Below are positions 60,026 to 64,000 of a DNA stretch of 64,000 nt, piece by piece. The position numbers and the translations under genes are program-made. Source of the DNA: Saccostrea cucullata (lineage: Eukaryota); NCBI RefSeq assembly GCF_032062105.1, contig NW_026923704.1, forward strand, positions 62,001-126,000, written 5' to 3'. The notes beneath the pieces are model-generated. The model was not told the DNA's origin. It saw only the letters and a program-made list of their open reading frames with translations, and made no database searches. Position 1 is the first letter of the stretch; each line of letters begins with the position of its first letter.

Positions 60026-63000
60026 ATGTGTACCCCCTGTGGGGCCCCACCACCTCCACCTCCCCCCACACACAGTGGTCCAGCAACCCGTATCAGTCTA
60101 AAGAACATTTCCGGGGCAGTACTAATGGTGCCACAGGAGCCAACTAATCACAGCAAAGAACATCTCAGGAAGAATATCAAAACAACCATGTATGTGTTTT
60201 CTTGTTTTTACTATTCATTTTAAGTTATAAACCATATGTTCAGAATTTTCTTATTTTAAGTATTTTAAAAAAAAAGTTAATTGAAGTTACACATATGTAC
60301 CATGTTTCCCAGGGTATTACTTTCAGGAAAAAGTTGCCAATATGTGGCCCTGATTCACATGGATGTCAATATTAAGAAATTATTATCTTCAAAAAATAAA
60401 TAGAAAATGTATGAGGAAGTTTTTACAATACTTTTTTGTGATATTGTACAAAATAATCTATTTGCAATCATTATGATAAAAAAAAAAACTTGAAAGTACT
60501 TGTACATGCAACGTCAACATTTCCTTCTTTCACTTATCTTGGAAGATAACATTGCTGGGCATTTAGTGGAAATTATAGGAATGAAAATCTAACTGTAAAC
60601 CACTTGTTTTTTATGTCCTTATACATGTACTTATCATCAAGAGATTTAAGATGTCATGGCAAATGAAAAATAAGCATGATAAGACAGTTTATTATGACTA
60701 TATAGTTATGTCACCTCTTGACATATGTTTTTTTTTCCAGAGAGAAGGATATTCCAAATTTGTCTTCCAGAGTCATTGTATCTTCCAATAGCACTGTCCA
60801 CCCAATACTTCAAGATGGGCCATGGTAATAATTAAGTTGCATGTTTTATTGAGATTTTGTGTAAAAAAAAAAGTTAGTTGTTGATCATTAGAATTTGTCA
60901 GTAAACTATAGAACTTAAATTGGCAGGTAAAGTAGTACCGTGCTATCAAACGTATTTCTTCATAGCATGCGTGTAATACATGTATATATATACTACAAGT
61001 ACAATGTACAGGTCTGTTTTATAGTTGCGGAGTTGTTGCCCTTGCCATGGCTGCTCAAATGTTGAAGAAAGAAATGGCAGCCACACACATCTTAGAGACA
61101 AGTCAGAGGAAAGGCTTGTCATTGCAGGGAGAACTCTTCTCAGGTATAGCTCGATCTTATATTATAGATAATTTATTTTTGAAATAAAAAAAAGATCTGT
61201 TTTGTTATCTTTGATTTGCTTACAGCCACCAACGGAATATGTTAGATACATGTAATTAATATAATATGATCTTCCATGGTTTGTGATTGAATATTATATT
61301 TTTCAAAGTATTAATTAAGTTGTGTTTCTTTATTTTCCTTACCTTTGGATCTGCTGCCATGCAAATTAAATATATAATCTTTGCTTTCATCAGTTTTCTG
61401 ACTTCATAATTTAAAAAAAGATTTGAATTTTCAAGTCTTGTTTTATTACCCAAGTACTGTAAGGGCTGATATTAAGTTTTTTACAATCTTTGTGTTAAAT
61501 TCAAATTCAAACTCATGGGATATTATAAGGGCATATTCCATTATTGATGCCCAGTTCAGTTTTCCTTTTCGAATCTGTAGGGGCATAATATATAATCAGT
61601 TCATTTCTCTCATACAAGTTTATGTCTTACCATACCATTTCCTGTGCACATACTAAATTTAATTTATTTAATTGCAGCCTATGATATGGCCACATTAGCA
61701 GAGGAAATTCTGGATTGTACAGCCACTGTTATAGATATGAGGGACTCAGGATCCAGGGAAATTCTCCTGGGACATTTATCCAACAGTCACCCTGTCCTAG
61801 TGCCGTATCCTTAATGGAGGATGCTTTATCTTATTATTTAATTACGCAGCATTGTTAAGGCTTGAATAAGGGGGTGGGGCCTAATTTATACGGGAAAAGT
61901 TTACTGTGACGTCATGCAAAAATATGACTTTTATGTATTTCTCATTGTACCTGAGAATGAAATAGTTTGCAACTTTTAACTGTATAGGCATAATAAACAA
62001 CAATAAAACTTATCAATGCATTTAAAAAACTTGCTAGTTAAATCCCATGTAGCTGGTTATAGAAAAAGCACTGATCACGATGAACTTGTAAACATGACGT
62101 CATTTTGGTAAAAATGACGTATTTCATGTGCTGTGAGAGGCAGATTGACGAATTTTTTAACAATGAAAAATGCGTTTTATTATCAAACGGAATATTATTT
62201 ACAGGTTTTAAATAGTCGATTAATACCAATGCATATCCTTTGTTTAGTTCATTTATTAACTATCTACCAAGAGAATGTATTTTATTAATTATGTCGTGTT
62301 TTTATGTACAGGTTACGTATATTTTACATTGGGATGCCTCATAAAATCGCACTTTCGCAAGGGCATACACTTCATAGATCTTAACCATTTTTTGAATAGA
62401 GATAAAGGATATTTTTCTTAACTTGAAAAGTGCTGCTGCTTTCTTTAAATCAAGGGCATGATTTTATAAGTACACAAAATATTTGGTAAAAGTCAAACAT
62501 ATTTCAACATTGGCTTATTTACCTGAAAATTTAACTATTAAAACGCGAAATCTATTCAAAGCAGCAGCACTTTTCAGAAACTACAAAGTATGCAGAAACA
62601 AATAATAACTTGAATTTTCAATTTCAACTAGGGTATGCCCTTGGGATATTGAAATTTGTTCATGACCTACATTCAGTACCCGAACTATGCATTCATCAGG
62701 TGACTGTCCATCGATGGGACCAAACTTCAAACAATACAGAGTGGGTTATACTATGCTATTTCAATAAGTAATTGTATTCTGTGATAATAAAACAGCTTGA
62801 TTAAAATAAATTCAGTTTTAAAAAGGTCCCCCTTTTTTGCACGTCTATTTTCCGTTGATTTCTCATAGTAGGCCTTGACAGTGCTGCGTATTTTTTATGC
62901 TCCTGGATTGAAAGATCCTGGGGGTATATATATAATTGTTTTTGTCCTATCTGTTTGTCTGTCTGTTGTCAACATTAACCTAGCCCATAACTATACTGCG

Positions 63001-64000
63001 CTGTCAAGGGTAAGGATTTTAATATTTGACATGGGTGTTCATTAAGACAGGAATTTCCATTGGTAGAGATTACAGAAATTTTTTATCATGTGACCTCAGC
63101 TGTGACCTTTGACCTACATTTGAAAAAGTTTGACATTGGCCACAACTACCACTTCAGTCCATATCCCACTCCAGTATTGTGTTACCATTGGGGGCATAAA
63201 GCTACACAAACACATCTCGTTGTGATAATTGAATTTTTACTTTCATTAATAGTTAGCATGCAGTGTATTATTTTGTACTTATTCAGTATTATAGATATAT
63301 GATAGAACAAACAAAATGATCAGAATAATTTTGTATTAACTGGGCATTAGATATGATGGAGACAAAAATAATGGACCTTGTTTGAAGAATGGAAATAAAG
63401 CTCACTGGGCTGTACTCACAGGTAGCTAAGAATTTAAAGCTTGTGTCTAATATTCATTGACTAAGATGTACATGTCATAGTCATGGGCAATGCTAATAAT
63501 TTCACTCTCTGAATTTGCATATTTTGTATTGTCTGTATATAGGCAGATTTTGAATTATTTAGGATTTGTTGACCATAATTCCTTGCTATTTAATTTGTAC
63601 TTGTATCTTTCCACTTAAGTACCCTGGTAAAAGAGAACATTGTTTTTTTCTGAAAAATATTTTTGTTTTCAACTTTCATTCATATGACCATTTATTCTAA
63701 ATATTTGATAAAAACAAGAGATCTCCAGCAATCTCATTCTTTGCAAACAAGTACAGATCGAGTGAAAAATTTTAACTTTTAATTTCTTGATTTTGAATAG
63801 GGTTCCTTTTCTCACTTGCAAGAACTTTGCTGCCTGACAATCTGGGAATGACAGAAGACCTTGAATTATCTCCCTTATATGAAATTCAGCCACAGAAAGC
63901 CTCTGCACTTCAGAATCTCCTTGTTTCATCGCCAGACATTTTCGTGTACGGCATGCAGGGCAAGAGTCAAAACATCGGTGTGTGGTCACTGGACAGAGTG
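60026..64000 (+). CDS. ACTMAP: Actin maturation protease (C19orf54/UPF0692 cysteine protease), 3'-incomplete in window
   Basis: Exons 60026-60189, 60741-60824, 61025-61143, 61678-61804, 63351-63421 and 63801->64000 are in frame. Poly-Pro N-terminus, LQDGPCCGVVALAMA, QGELFSAYDMATLA, HPVLVPYDGDKNNGPCLKNGNKAHWAVLTG, QGKSQNIGVW. Confidence 0.9.
61805..63350 (+). other. U12-type (minor spliceosome) GT-AG intron
   Basis: Donor GTATCCTTAA; branch-like TGTATTAAC ending 10 nt before the exon start; no polypyrimidine tract. Confidence 0.75.
62891..63221 (+). mobile_element. Short non-autonomous Helentron-like element
   Basis: T-run plus hairpin start, gtctgtctg microsatellite, gtgacctttgacc, end ggggcat..cacaaacacatctcgtt. 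Confidence 0.55.

Noticed and set aside
63669-63989. 106-aa minus-strand ORF
   Set aside because: Antisense shadow of the ACTMAP exon starting at 63801 on the plus strand

Overview
AT-rich, intron-containing eukaryotic DNA. The repeat families and gene content are consistent with an oyster or other bivalve (inference). Genes reconstructed by hand from splice sites: (1) a tandem family of signal-peptide JmjC/Cupin_8 oxygenases. Copy 1 is intact (7 exons, 469 aa, EF-hand, C-terminal HEEL; 5530-12069). Copy 2 keeps an intact JmjC core but has two 3' frameshifts (17427-25174). Copy 3 is a lone frameshifted exon-1 relic (41535-41791). (2) A single-exon Mab-21/cGAS-like receptor with a TPR-like tail (26757-28760, -). 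(3) A Cys-rich adhesion/secretin-type GPCR with a probable GC-AG intron and a frameshifted TM4 (47001-51179, -). (4) ACTMAP/C19orf54 with a U12-type intron (60026 to window end). Mobile DNA includes a decayed Harbinger whose transposase and MADF genes are interdigitated on opposite strands, a young full-length RTE LINE with a 15-bp TSD, an old RTE, a CR1/L2 fragment, two SINEs with the same body but different heads, Helentron-type elements with ~166-bp arrays, and IS3EU-, hAT-, mariner- and P-like MITEs. The most unusual feature is a ~44-copy 30-bp minisatellite in JmjC copy 1. Its unit is the exon-4 3' end plus its splice donor, so it creates ~40 competing donors that all lie downstream of an in-frame TGA.
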